A stretch of DNA of 64,000 bases. It comes from Octopus vulgaris (lineage: Eukaryota). Location of the stretch: positions 110,608,001 through 110,672,000 of the forward strand of contig OX597818.1 in NCBI GenBank assembly GCA_951406725.2. Direction: 5' to 3'. Position 1 is the stretch's first letter. The number at the start of each line of letters is the position of its first letter. The translations under genes were made by a program, and so were the position numbers. The notes beneath the pieces were generated by a model. That model made no database searches and was not told the DNA's origin. It worked only from the letters and a program-made list of their open reading frames with translations. Positions 38,736 through 51,539 of this stretch are shown here, piece by piece.

Positions 38736-40640
38736 TAGTTTCAATATAAATCTTGAATACAATAACAATGTTATCTCTCTTGAAATATATGTTTAATATA
38801 TATATGATATTTAATTAGGTACGTTTATACATTTTAAATTCGTTTTTCTCTTATCTTTGCCAACGAATTACTGTTTCATTAGAAATGAAGATTGTAAATA
38901 TCTTTGCTTATCTCTTCACAAAGTATTTTAATGAAGACAGCCACTGTCACTGAGTTGGAGAGGCAGACGAAACGGCAAGTGAGGGAGGGGAGAGTAAGAG
39001 TTTTAAGTATTGGTAAATGAAAGAGCAGGAGCAGACGACAAATTTCGTACAGATTTTGATGATAGAAATACTGACTTTTCTATCATAAATAAAAGTATTG
39101 AAAACGAACTTCTGCAGTAAAAATCTGTATGCAAAAAGTCTATTATGCAAATATTTACTTTACATCAGCGAATTTAAATATGAATACAGATCACTTGTAG
39201 GATAAAATATATGTAAAAACTTTTAAGCAATAATTTTTAAATAATTATAATTATTACGAATTTTATTGCTTTCTTATAAATTTATAACATGAAAACAACT
39301 AATTTTATTTAAACTGATTGCTACAGCAATCTAAATTGTTTGAATCAGCAATTTGCTAAACAATTTAAGAATTTGTGATCTTATGAAGAATTAATGACAA
39401 GTAAATATTTTTAGATAAATAGTTGATGTGCTTAGAGCTTTTATCGAAAAGTTGATGTCATTCCTATGTTTTGAGCATTTAACTTAAACTCAGGCATAAA
39501 TTTTGTATTATTTTTTTGTGCAATATTTTCTCCACTCTACATTATCAGATTATTACAGTTTTATTACAATTAATGGTTAAACAGTACTATTATTATTGAT
39601 AACACATCTCTTGCATATTTACAAATGGATAGCTTGTTTTATTTATTCTTTAGTCAATAAATCTTACTATTTTCAAAATTACAAAAAATTTCATTTTTTT
39701 TTTTTTTGTATAAACAATATAAATTTTAAAAGAAGTGAAATTATATTCATTGTACTTATGTCACTTTAATTGACATTACCTACGGTAGCAAAAATATATT
39801 CCCAGTATGAAAAGACTTTGATATGAACGGTAACACCTTCCTAAACATCGCATTATTGGTTGCTTCATCATGTGAAACGCCTTTGCAACTATCTTATATT
39901 ACAATTGATGTTTTATGTTTACGATTAATTGATAGCTAAGTCCTGTTATTCGTTTTATTTAATTTTGACGCTTTTTATTATTCGAAGAGTAGTAATTCAT
40001 TTAATTGTTATGTGTATGCACAATAAAACGTAAAAGATAGCAAAATCCTACATACATACGTCTTCACACGTCTATATGTATACACCATTCACAGGTCCCT
40101 GATATTAAATAAAGTGTTACCATTTACACCATGAAAATTAGTAACTCCAGTTTTCTGTAGCCACTGGAATCGTTGAGTATAAAGAAAAGATTGTCTATTT
40201 GTTTCGTTTGGATTGATCAGTGTTGTGATGGACGCCCCCAGGCGAGAAGTAGTCTAAGTCCACTACTAATAAATAGTGGACTGACCCAGTCAGTAGATAC
40301 GGTGTAGTTAAATCTTTTGATTCCGGTCGTTGTTAAATCTTTTGATCCCACTTGCTAGGGATGTAAAACTGAAGCTGACGCCACCAACGGAGGTGACAGT
40401 GAACAAAGAACTGAGGACAGTAGTGTACAGAAACCTGTCACTACTAAGAAAATCGAAATGGCAAGAGCAGAAGAAGTAGAAGAATGTCTAAATACGTTGA
40501 GTGATAAAATCGAATTTAATTGTAGAGGCGGGAAATTTGGCACCGGTGGAGGTGCGCTGCTCGACAGTGGAAGAAGCAACAATTCACTCTACTGAAGCGT
40601 TAAAGTCGGAGAAACAGGCACTACTGCCAGCTTACCTTAT

Positions 40641-40697
<57 letters not shown>

Positions 40698-40827
40698 CAT
40701 ACATACATACATACATATATATATAGTTAATCCAAACATGAAAACGCAAAGAGAAAACACAATAACGCGAGGACGTGGAACAAGTATCGTATTATTGGAC
40801 GCTCAGGAAAGGAAAGAAAGAAGGAGG

Positions 40828-40862
40828 ATTTAACGTTTCGAGCGGAGCTCTTCGTCAGAAAC
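40828..40862 (-). ncRNA. Minimal type-I hammerhead in a short element (about 40727-40932) flanked by (TA)n
   Basis: gttt-CTGACGA-a-gagc-tcc-gctc-GAAA-cg-TT-aaat; homologous element at about 56050-56255. Confidence 0.8.
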
Positions 40863-41663
40863 ATAGGAAAAGGAAAGATCCAAGGAAGGGAAGACGGAGG
40901 GGAAAAAATCGCCAACGGTACGCACGCGGTCATATATATATATATACATTTGTATACACATACATGGCACATGGAAGTAAGTTCGTATGTGGACGGATGT
41001 ATTTACATGTTGCTGTATTTTCTTCATTTTGGTTGTCCTCCTTTTCTTGTTGATGCTGAATAGACTGAGCTGAATAAGTCTGGAACCCCGATGTTTCTTC
41101 TAAGAAAGCCAAAGAAGTCGACTTGTAAATTAACAGTGCATCTGGTTGTTATGGCTATGAGCGTATGTGAATGTGTATGTATACCTGTGTGCTGGTGTGA
41201 AGGTGAATATATATATATGAGGATGTATAAACAAATGTGTTTGAAAACATGTCTATACAGGTGTGTGTGTGAGAGTGAAAATATCTATGCATGATATGCA
41301 GTTTGTGTATATATAGTGTATGTGTGTGTGTGTGGTGTAGTATGCGCATATTTCAGGAAAAGTGTGTGTGTGAGAGTTGTGAAAGTATGTGTGTGTGTAT
41401 ATGTGTGCCGAGTGTAGTGAAAGTGCGCATGTGTCATCACGTGTAGCTGTATGTGTGCACGTGTTTAGTGTAGTATGTGTCTGTGTCTGCAACAAGATAT
41501 ACGCGCGAGTGTATCAGTGTGTCCACGTGCATTCTATGTGTTGGAAATGAGGATCTGTGAAGTTGCGGAGGGGAACAACTTAAGATGGTAGATTAATGTA
41601 TTCGAGGAAGCTCAAAGTTAATTGAAACGGAAAAGAAATAAATCAATTGTTTCTTGATTAATA

Positions 41664-42048
41664 TCTTTATATATAAAAGTCAAGTTGTGTGTCTGTCTCC
41701 TACGATTTAGATTCCTAACTACTCCCACATTTTGCGGTGCAGTTTAACCAAAACCGGGTATCTTATAGTCGTGATTCATATCGAGCCCTTCTGGGTATTA
41801 GCGCGCGTCTACGATGAGTCTACGATTTAAAAAAAAATTACCATAATTATTTTCCATTTTAATGCATTTTTTCTCTATTATATAAGGGAAGTAACTCTCT
41901 AAAAATATCTACGATGAGTCAACGATTTTTAAAAAAATTTACCATCATTTTTTTCCATTTTTAATGCATTTTTTGGCTATAACTCTCTAAAAATGCTTAT
42001 ATAGTTATTTCCCTTACAAACCCGAGCAACGTCGGGCGATACTGCTAG
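41664..42048 (+). mobile_element. Non-autonomous Helitron
   Basis: 5' TC, 3' CTAG, subterminal hairpin CCCGAGCAACGTCGGG, inserted between A and T; internal tandem duplication of about 100 bp. Confidence 0.85.
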
Positions 42049-42100
42049 TAAGAATATATAAGAGTGCAACTGTGTTTCTAGATCTATATAAGACTATATA

Positions 42101-42135
<35 letters not shown>

Positions 42136-42356
42136 TAATCAATATAGGGTAGCAAAAAATTCAGCAGAAATTATTTTGCTACCAGCGGTCTAGTGAGAGA
42201 AAGGAAATAGTCAGAGACTATTTATAAATTCAACAGCAAATTAAAGAACGGCCATAATAGGCCGTTCAACCCACTAGAAATAACAGCCAAGGCTTCAACT
42301 GCAAAATAGTAGTAATTCCGTAAATCAGGAGAAAATTAAAAAACATTTACCCTGTT

Positions 42357-42462
42357 TCACTTTATACAATGCATTGTTTCATCGTTTTTTAATGGTAAAT
42401 CAGCCTGATTAAATTAAATCAAGCTAATCTTCCATAGGCCAACAGATTCATCAGTAAAGTAA
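42357..42462 (-). ncRNA. Type-I hammerhead with extended helix II
   Basis: ttacttta-CTGATGA-atc[long hairpin]gat-GAAA-caatgcattg-TA-taaagtga. Confidence 0.8.
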
Positions 42463-42467
42463 GCCAG

Positions 42468-42629
42468 GAGGGAGAGATATTTACACGAGGCAGCACCACT
42501 ACCGCTTCGGCAATATCTAACCTAAAATTTTCAAAATCATCGTACTCGCGAGTACGATGATTTTGAAAATTTTAGGTTAGATATTGCCGAAGCGGTAGTG
42601 GTGCTGCCTCGTGTAAATATCTCTCCCTC
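42468..42629. repeat. Perfect spacerless 162-bp palindrome
   Basis: 81-bp arms centred on TCG|CGA at 42548/42549. Confidence 0.95.
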
Positions 42630-44350
42630 AAGTCAAACGTTGTCCTTGCCGCGATTGTATTTCTTTAAGAAGCCTGTCTACAGCAAAGAAATCGGAGCTC
42701 TTCATTGAATATCAAAATTCTTTTGGGAGAATTGCTCTAGTCAGCAGGAACCGCCTTTTATTATACTAACTCCACAACTGACCACTTTGGAAAACGGAGC
42801 CGTAGAGTCTAATGTCCTGATCTCTGAATAGTAGCAACAAGAAACTGTATCTTATCGGTTCTGATGGATTAGCAAATACTTGTAGAATGGGTTCTGATGG
42901 ATTGGAAAATACTTGTAGAATACTTTGTCATTGGTTTATTATATTTCTTGCTTCCATTTTTCCCCATAAATTTCGAGCATGGTGCCAACTGAAACTATTT
43001 TTCATAGTCTCAGACACAATTACGTTCATAACTAAAGGCAAGTCTCTTCCACGGCTTATGGGAGTGGCTGAGATCAAGCCTCAACCAGTATTCCCCCCTC
43101 TTTGACCTTTCTATCTGGCGTCGCATAATTCTATGCCACCATGGTGTGTCTATGTGCAACCTGTTTAGCAGCTGTTTTTAATTAAAAGTGGAACTAATCA
43201 TTCATCACGAGTCATAATTGTTTGATGGCTGGTCAGTTTAAAATCACTCTGTTGAAGGCGAACCTCGCATTTATCATTTTACCTTCAGTTTTCTGTGTCC
43301 GATCGTATTCTGTTCATAGCAAGCATCATAGGCCAAGTTTATTGTGAGCTGTATTCCTAACAGCATTTGTTTGAATTTTTGTTGTTGTTGCTCATCTTTT
43401 TCCTGGTGTCCCAAGACTACGCTTGCATTTGGCAGCAAAGTGTTAAAGTTCAGAACCTCTTTTTCTGTGACATTATTGATGGAAACATCATTTATACCCA
43501 ACCACACATAAAAAGAAGAGCTACCTTTGATTGTAACCGTAATTTGAACTTACACCCATAAAACTTTATTTCTGCAGTATTGTTATAGATTCGGCTGGTA
43601 TGTCGCGTCAGCTACTAAAATGACGAAAGACTTGATTTTAATTAATTACAGCAAAGAGTCAAAGATTATGGGTACCAGTTTGAAATGCAACAACCACAAA
43701 CGTTTCTTTCCCTTTTAGCACAGTTCGACACATGAATAAAAGCGTAGCTTTAAATTGAAGACAAATTAAATAGAATTTTAAATAGAAATACAATTGTAAA
43801 GTAAAGGCGAGATACAAATTATTTGGCAAATGCGAGTACTGACTGTCCAATTGAAATGATGGAGAGCGAAAGATAAGGGGAAATGAAAGATAGGAAATGG
43901 AGAGAACAGGAGTAGAGAGGGTCAAAGAGAAAACAATATCAAAGAGAAAGAACCAGGTGAGATGAAGGAAGAATTTGTACAAGTGATGGGGGTAGAGGGA
44001 AGTAAAAGGCAAAGGGAAAGGTGAAGGAGAGAAGCAAGTAAAATGATGTGATAGTAGCAAAGCGATGATGAGAGAGGAAACGGGGAGAGAAGATGGAAAA
44101 CGAGAAAGAAGAATTATAGAGCCGTTGAGAATGATAGGAAAAGAAGAGAAAGGCTGGGAGAGGAAACGCTGTCAATGAGGTGGAAGGAAGAGGTAGAGAA
44201 ATAAAATACAGTGATTCAGTACTGTGGTGGCAAGGGAGAAGCGACAATAGCTACAGACAAAAGGGAAGGGAGAAATGAGAATGGGATGGTGGGGGGGGCA
44301 GGAAGAAATGCTTAAAGCATTTACATTTGTATGAGAAGAGAAGCAGACGA

Positions 44351-44392
<42 letters not shown>

Positions 44393-44619
44393 TGTGAAAT
44401 ATATATTGGATTAAAATTAGAGTAAATTACAATGCATGAGTTGATAAAGCAGTGAATAAAATATTTATGGCTTGTGATAGATTGGGTAACGAGGCCCCAG
44501 ATACACTAAGACTGGGAAAATTATGCGATTTACAAAGTGTGGACGTCTTTATCATAGATTTTTACTCGATCAGAGCTAACCTGTGGCTAAACAACACCGA
44601 CAATATCAAGTACTACTAC

Positions 44620-44790
44620 AACATTTCGTCTATCTTTACGTTCTGGGTTCAAATTCCGCCAAGGTCGACTTTGCCATTCATCCTTTCGGGGTCGATAAAT
44701 TAAGTACCAGCTGTGTACTGGAGTGAATCTAATCGACTGGCCCCCTCCCCAAAAAATTTCGGGCCTTGTCCCTAGAGTAGAAAAGAATAT
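44620..44790 (+). mobile_element. SINE family B, 5'-truncated
   Basis: GGGTTCAAATTCCGCC, core, CCTTGTCCCTAGAGTAGAAAAGAAT tail. Confidence 0.8.
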
Positions 44791-44869
44791 TTTACACGGC
44801 AAACAAAACAAGAAAAGTACCTGTTGAAAATGTCCTACATAGAAATTATTCGGCAAGAAAAAGACAAAA

Positions 44870-45072
44870 TGTTTGGGTTCAGTCCCATTGCGTCGCACCT
44901 TGGTTAAGGGTCTTCCACTATAGCGGTTCAGCAAAAGAGATCGACAGAATAAGTAGCAATCTTCAAAACAAAACAATAAGTGCTGGGGTCGATTCGTTCA
45001 ACTAAAATTCTTCAAGGGAATGCTCCAGCATGGCCGCAGTCTAACGCCTGAAACAAGTAAAAGATAAAAGAC
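44870..45072 (+). mobile_element. SINE family A, internally deleted
   Basis: GGGTTCAGTCCCA head fragment joined to CCAGCATGGCCGCAG tail. Confidence 0.7.
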
Positions 45073-45424
45073 AAATGCAGAATTGATGTCAATTTAATAA
45101 ATAATTGAAGGGAGAACATTTGGCCATGGTTTTATTTCAAGATTTGTCCGGCTCCGACTGGTTTGCAAGTTCGACAATTAGGAATATGCTGCTAGTGAAA
45201 TCTCTGGCATAATTTTTGTGTTATTAAATATATGCTGAGACATATTTGGAATATGTATCGAATTTACGGTGTAAGGGGTAACCAATTCCAAACAGTATTT
45301 GAATATCTTAGTCATGGCCACACCATACACAGGTAACGCAAAAAAACTGCGTCGCACCTCGGTTAAGGGTCTTCTACTGAAGCCTCGAGTGGATTTGATA
45401 GAGGGAAACTGAAAGAAGCCCGTC

Positions 45425-45461
<37 letters not shown>

Positions 45462-45466
<5 letters not shown>

Positions 45467-45554
45467 TTGCCATTTAAATATGGCTAACCCCTAAGGGTGG
45501 ATGCTACTGTAGTTCGACCCCTTAGGGGGTAGTCATATTTAAATGGCAAATGTA
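45462..45554. repeat. Inverted repeat in (TA)n
   Basis: TACATTTGCCATTTAAATATGGCTA..CCCCTAAGGG / CCCTTAGGGG..TAGTCATATTTAAATGGCAAATGTA. Confidence 0.9.
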
Positions 45555-45628
45555 CGTCACGATGTGTTGCAGCTACTGTTTATAACTCACTCTAAGATTT
45601 ATTATATATATATATATATATATATATA

Positions 45629-45900
45629 CATACTGTTGTGTCTGGGGATAGTCATTCTCTTTTGGTGCCTTACAATTTAACACACTGACCGGTAAAATTT
45701 CCACTTATTTTTAATTTTTTTATTTTTCTAAAAAATTTTTCGTTGCGTCTTGTAACCTTTTCAATAGTTTTGAATACTGAAAAGGTTGCAAGATGCAACG
45801 AAAAATTTTAGAAAAATTAAAAAAAGAAATTTTACCAGTGAGTGTGTTAAATTATAAGCCACCAAATGAGAATGACTCTCCCCAGACACAACAGAATATG
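45629..45900. repeat. Inverted repeat with arms of about 125 bp, in (TA)n
   Basis: CTGTTGTGTCTGGG...TTGTAACCTTTTCA / TGAAAAGGTTGCAA...CCCAGACACAACAG. Confidence 0.9.
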
Positions 45901-46539
45901 CTTCAACACACGAACTCACATAAAGAATCATGCAAACCAAATCCCAAAACGATATATATATATATATGCGTGTGTCTTTGTGTTTATGTAGGCTTTACAC
46001 GATTGAAAATGTTAAAATAATTCTAGTAAATAAGAAATTACAAAAACGAGAGAGAACGAAAGTATATTCTCAAGCAAGCAGCGGCTTTTCCGAACACACA
46101 CACATACATGCACACACACACACGCATATTTACAGAGATTGGGTGGTTAATGGTTACAAAGTTAAATTTGTCGTCCTCAGGGACCGCTCTTTTAAAAAAT
46201 CAACTTAATTTACTCAGACACAGAATCAATTAATTGGTTCTAGATTACTCTTTCAAATGTTTTGTTTTATTGTTTTTCATTTTACTTTTCATTATTCTTT
46301 ATTATTTTTAATTGATATTTTTTCATTAATATTTTTTATCAATGATGCAACTAATAGGAATACATTAAAAATATAAAATGAAATATGTTCTATCTACAGA
46401 CATTATATTTCGATACGTCTTAAATATCCGTCTTAAATATACGTCTTAAATATCGTCTTAAATATAAGTATTTAATATTTAAAAGCAATCTTGTTTTTAT
46501 AAAGTTGTAGATTTTGTTACAATTTTATTTGTGTTGAAC

Positions 46540-47012
46540 TTTCCGGTCCAGAGATGCCTACACCATCATCCTTCTCTACTCTTCTTTTGCCCGACTCCAC
46601 CTTGAGTACTGTTGCCCACTGTGGTCTCCTTATACGAAGCAACTCATTATGAAAGTAGAAGCACTCCAGCGGTCCATAACAAGAAAGATAGATGGCATGA
46701 GAGGCATTGATTATTGGGGTCGGCTAAAAAAAAACTCAATCTCTACTCTTTCCCGTGCCGCCAGGAGTGCTACATCATTTGTGTTATGTGGAAAACATTC
46801 CATCAATATTGCACAACTGATGTCGGCATCAATTTTAAAATCCATCCAAGACTTTTCCCCCGTGCTAGCCACCCACTACAAAAATCGAACACGGTACACA
46901 TAACAGCATTACGTCAGAATTACTTTACCTCTACCGGTCCAGTTCTCTTTAATACCATACCAAAATACGTCAAAACGGAAACGAATCCCATAAAATTCAA
47001 AAGTTCACTGGA
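46540..47012 (+). pseudogene. CR1/L2-type LINE ORF2 C-terminal fragment
   Basis: RLHLEYCCPLWSPY..VEALQRSITRKIDGM..DYWGRLK-LNLYS..GPVLFNTIP..FKSSLD. Confidence 0.85.
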
Positions 47013-47389
47013 CACCACAAGTAAGTACGGACCAGTCCATGTTGACCTTCCTGATGGTATCTGATGGAGCCTGCAACACAAATTAAAATTTTGAATGATG
47101 ATATCAGAAAATACATGAAAATAGGAATGCTGATAGAATTGACTCGTGGATTTTCCCTCTTACTGAATTGACATTCCTATAGATCCTCAATCTTTCTTTG
47201 AATCTGTCAAAATTTTTATGATCCCTTTTTGATTTCTTTATTGGCCACGCAGGGCTGAACACAAAAGAGACCATCCATTTTAATTAACAGCAATTATCTT
47301 TTATTAACTCACGAACTACACACTTCACTCCTTTCTGAGACATATTTCTTACCCCAATCTGCAATTCACCTCAGTTCATTCGACCCTAT

Positions 47390-47750
47390 ATCTTTTATCT
47401 TTTACTTGGTTCAGTCTAATTGGAGAGTGGCCATGCTGGAGCACTGTCTTGAAGAGTTTTTTGTCCAATTGGTCGACTCCAGCACTTATGTTTTTAAGCT
47501 GGTTCTTATTTTATCATTCTCTTTTGTCAAACCGCTAATCTATTGGCCTTGTTCCAAAATCTGAAGCCAAACTGAAAAGGCAGCGAGCTGGCAAAATCGT
47601 TAGCAAGACGAGCAAAATGATTGGCGGCACCTCGACCGTCTTCGTTCTGAGTTCAAATTCCGCCGAAGTCGACATTACCTTTCATTCTTTCGGGGTCGAT
47701 GAAATAAGTACCAGTGGAACACTAGGGTCTATGTAATCGACTTACTTCCA
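47390..47750. mobile_element. SINE A 3' part (-) followed by SINE B (+, from about 47578)
   Basis: TGGCCATGCTGGAGCAC; GGCAGCGAGCTGGCAAAATCGTTAGC. Confidence 0.7.
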
Positions 47751-48282
47751 CGCATGAAGCCGATTTTATTTTAGGGCAATGCTAGTCGTCATCTCAGCAG
47801 ATTTAAGATTCTCAGCCGCCATCTTCCTATCCATTTCGGTTCCTTCATTTATTATTTAATACTGGAAACATCGTTTTTGGTTCAAGCAGTGCTTTTACTC
47901 GATATTATAAGATAAGGTGAGTGGTTTGGATTCTTTGTTGCTCTTTTTGTTAATTTCTTGTTTTTTTTTATGGAAAGAAGCCTTCAGACATTCACGACGT
48001 TGTATCATTGTATCACAAGATATATTACATATTCTAAACCAAAAGAAATATTACTTAGCCAATTCAATATCTACTGCATTTGAAGACATTGATCAAATGA
48101 AGAAATCTAAATGCTGTTGGCACAATTTGCATTACTCTAAGATTGTCTTTCAACATTTAATTGCAGTTGCGTTGAACGCAACAAGAGTAAACATCAATAC
48201 TGCTATTATTAGTAGTAGTAGTATCTATAAGTTTAAAAATTTATCCTTGTCTTCCGTCACCCTTATAGCAACGAAAGAAACG

Positions 48283-48312
<30 letters not shown>

Positions 48313-48315
<3 letters not shown>

Positions 48316-48523
48316 TAGTTTTATTTTTATAGCGTGCTTTCACTTCACTACCGAGTGCAGCTCTGTGTGCCTTGGGTATGTGCTGTGATTTGTTGTGATT
48401 CTCTGATGGTTATTGTATGGAAAGTGTTCTGCGTAGGATGTGTGCAGTGCCTAGTAGTGCAATTTTCTGTATGTTATATGTGTTTGTAAGTCCTGGAGTT
48501 TTTGTTATGTATTTGTCTGAATA

Positions 48524-48530
<7 letters not shown>
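48313..48530 (-). mobile_element. R4/Dong-like 3' end between (ATT)n tracts
   Basis: KYITKTPGLTNTYNIQKIALLGTAHILRRTLSIQ*. Confidence 0.85.
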
Positions 48531-48574
<44 letters not shown>

Positions 48575-48651
48575 CAGTATTGTTTCACTAAGCGCAGCTT
48601 TCTGCAGTGTCTAGGAAGATTATTTTGTTGTTGTTGTTTATTGCTATTGTA

Positions 48652-48870
48652 AGGCGGTGAGCTGGCAGAATCGTTAGCAGGCCGGGCAAAATGTTTAGCG
48701 GCATTTCGTCGGTCTTTACGTTCTAGGTTCAAATTCAGCCGAGATTGAATTTGTCTTTCATCCACTCGGGGTCGATAAAATTAGTACCAGCTGCGTACTG
48801 GGGTCGATATAATCGACTTACCCACTCGCCCGAAATTGTCGACTTTGCGCTAGAATCTGAAACCAATATT
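48652..48870 (+). mobile_element. SINE family B, full length
   Basis: GGCGGTGAGCTGGCAGAATCGTTAGC, GGTTCAAATTC, core. Confidence 0.85.
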
Positions 48871-48953
48871 ATTTTCTTGTTTTTCTTTTATTTCTTTATT
48901 GAATACACACACCTAAATTGCAACGAAGCAAAGCGCTACTTATTCTACGCATA

Positions 48954-49345
48954 GGCGCAGGGGTGGCAGTGTGGTAAGTAGCTTGCTTTCCAACCATATG
49001 GTTCCGGGTTCAGTCCCACTGCGTGGCACCTTGGGTAAGCGTATTCTACTATAGCCTCGGGCCGACCAAAGCCTTGTGTGTGGATGTGGTAGACGGAAAC
49101 TGAAAGAAGCCCGTCGTATATATATGTGTGTGTATGTTTGTGTGTTTGTGTTTGCTTCCACCCCCACCCACATCGTTTGACAAATAATGCTGGTGTGTTT
49201 ACAGCCCCGTAACTTAGCGGTTCGGCAAAAGAGACCGATAGAATAAGTACTAGGCTTACAAAGAATAAGTCCTGGGGTAGATATGCTCGACTAAACGCGA
49301 TGCTCTAGCATGGCCGCAGTCAAATGACTGAAGCAAGTAAAAAAA
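48954..49345 (+). mobile_element. SINE family A, full length
   Basis: A box TGGCAGTGTGGTAAG, B box GGGTTCAGTCCC, internal TG tract, A-rich end. Confidence 0.88.
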
Positions 49346-49374
49346 AAATACAACGACTCCTTGCTATATCACAT

Positions 49375-49570
49375 TGGGTTCTGACACGAATTCTGCAGCT
49401 TTTGTGGGGAGGGCCTAAGTCGATTACATCGACCCCACACCTCAATTGGTGCTTATTTTATCGACTCCGAAAGGACCTCGGCGGAATTTGAACTCAAAAT
49501 TCAAAGCCAGACGAAATGTCGCTAAGCGTCTTGCCCGGCGTGCTAACGATTCTGCCAGCTCGCCGCCTTT
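49375..49570 (-). mobile_element. SINE family B
   Basis: GATTCTGCCAGCTCGCCGCC head. Confidence 0.8.
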
Positions 49571-49619
49571 CGTGCGTTTGTATTAAAACGCGATGTTGAT
49601 AACGTCTTCTTTTGTTGCA

Positions 49620-50290
49620 ACACAGTAGATAAGCTTCAATGTTGGCCAGACGTCAGTTTGGAGATTGGATGGAACTCAATGTTCTTCATGTCCATGGGAA
49701 AAGCATGAACACTACAACCTCTCGTAGTGTTTCCAGTTGAAGGTAAACAAAAACAATGATTAAATCATTATTCTTTAGTTATTCACTTATAAGATTAGAA
49801 TCTGCAACAGATTCTTGCACCATAGGAACTGCAATATTGAAGATTGAGTTAAACTAACACAGAACACGATTTCTATTGAAGTGTATTGATATTGACGAAT
49901 TCCTTTTAATGTTGCATCGCGTAGGAGTTTCTTCGAAGAAGTGAACCACGACAATTATGGTAGCCTACCGATTATCCAAGGATCTTTCATCACATTTCCA
50001 ATATATAGAGATTTCCTATGTGCATGATATTTACAATCTTCTTGAACCGTAGTGCTGCAATAATGTCCACTTGAATGACTTGCAATGATTGCCGGCGTTA
50101 AACCTGTTATGTTGCGTTTAAGTTGACTTCAAAGATTCATTAATTATCCAGAATCATTTAAAGGATCCAATGCAATATTTAACTGAATTGCTGTCGTGGA
50201 AATATATCAAAATTTTGATATACTCTCTCGCTTTCATTGTTATCACGGGGTTTCTATCAATTAAGAGATTATTTGAAGAATACAATTTTA
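49620..50290 (-). pseudogene. Possible decayed Penelope-like RT
   Basis: KLLRDATLKGIRQY and FNIA..SYGARIC resemble PLE RT motifs (MGSYDGAEIC). Confidence 0.35.
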
Positions 50291-50669
50291 GCGTCGATTT
50301 GAGAGAGTAAAAAAGAGCGATAGAGCGACAAACAGAAAGAATAACAAAGCATTATCTCTGTTTGAAGTCCAATCGGGAACACTGAAATTCAAAGATAGAC
50401 TTTTTTCCCCTCCAGTCATAACCATTTGATGTGAAATGACACGCTGAAAGTATCAGATTCGGAGAGCTTCTTCGTATAAACGACTGGAAGTTATCAAGTT
50501 ATGTTGGTTAATTTGCATTCACGTACTTTGAATAAAGCAAAATAGCAAAAAATGGCCAGTATATTCCGTAGCACACACACACACACACATACAACATTTA
50601 CTTTGATATGACGTGGATTCGATTTGAAGAAATTAATTCCTATGTGCATGCGTGCAAGTATAAATTACA

Positions 50670-51027
50670 TGTAAGTATGTATGTATGTATGCATGTATGT
50701 ATGTATGTATGCATGTATGTATGTATGTATGTATGTATGTATGTGTGTATGTATGTGTGTGTGTGTATGTATGTATGTATGTATGTATGTATGTATGTAT
50801 GTATATATATGTATATATGCATGTATGTATGTATGTTTGTATGTATGTATGCATGTATGCATGTATGTATGTATGTATGTATGTATGTGTGTGTGTATGT
50901 ACAGTATGTATGTATGTGTGTGTGTATGCATGCATGTATGTTTGTCTGTATGTTTGTGTATGTATGTGTGTATGTATCTGTCTCTTTCTTTTTATATCTC
51001 TATATATACATGTATGTATGTGTGTGA

Positions 51028-51103
<76 letters not shown>

Positions 51104-51206
51104 GATTCTCTGCAACTTGCAAAGTGTTTCCTCCTCTCGCACAACCATGAGAATCCATAGAGAATATGATCTGAGAGATAAGCTTGCAAGGTGAGGTGTG
51201 TATGTG

Positions 51207-51264
<58 letters not shown>

Positions 51265-51282
51265 CGTGTGTGTATGAGTGAG
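50670..51282. repeat. (TATG)n/(TG)n microsatellite complex
   Basis: Direct inspection. Confidence 0.9.
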
Positions 51283-51539
51283 TGCTGGTCAATTTAAAAT
51301 GAGGTGGACAGAAGTGTTGAGAGGAGAGGGTAAACTTTGCTAGAAACGGACATCATTTACGCCAGACCACTAACAAACTTATGCGATGACGTAAATATAA
51401 TTTTCCAGGAGCGGAACCACGGACGCACTGAATTCTTTGATTTTATTTCTATTGTACCACCTAAAGGTTAATTTCTCTCAAATTGGCGAAGAACTCTGTT
51501 TCAATTCACTGGAGAGGACCAGCATACTTTCTACGAGGC

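Noticed and set aside
42857-42921. 32-bp tandem containing CTGATGG
   Set aside because: Simple duplication that lacks the CUGANGA core and helices.
46414-46465. Four copies of CGTCTTAAATAT
   Set aside because: Local slippage repeat with no further structure.
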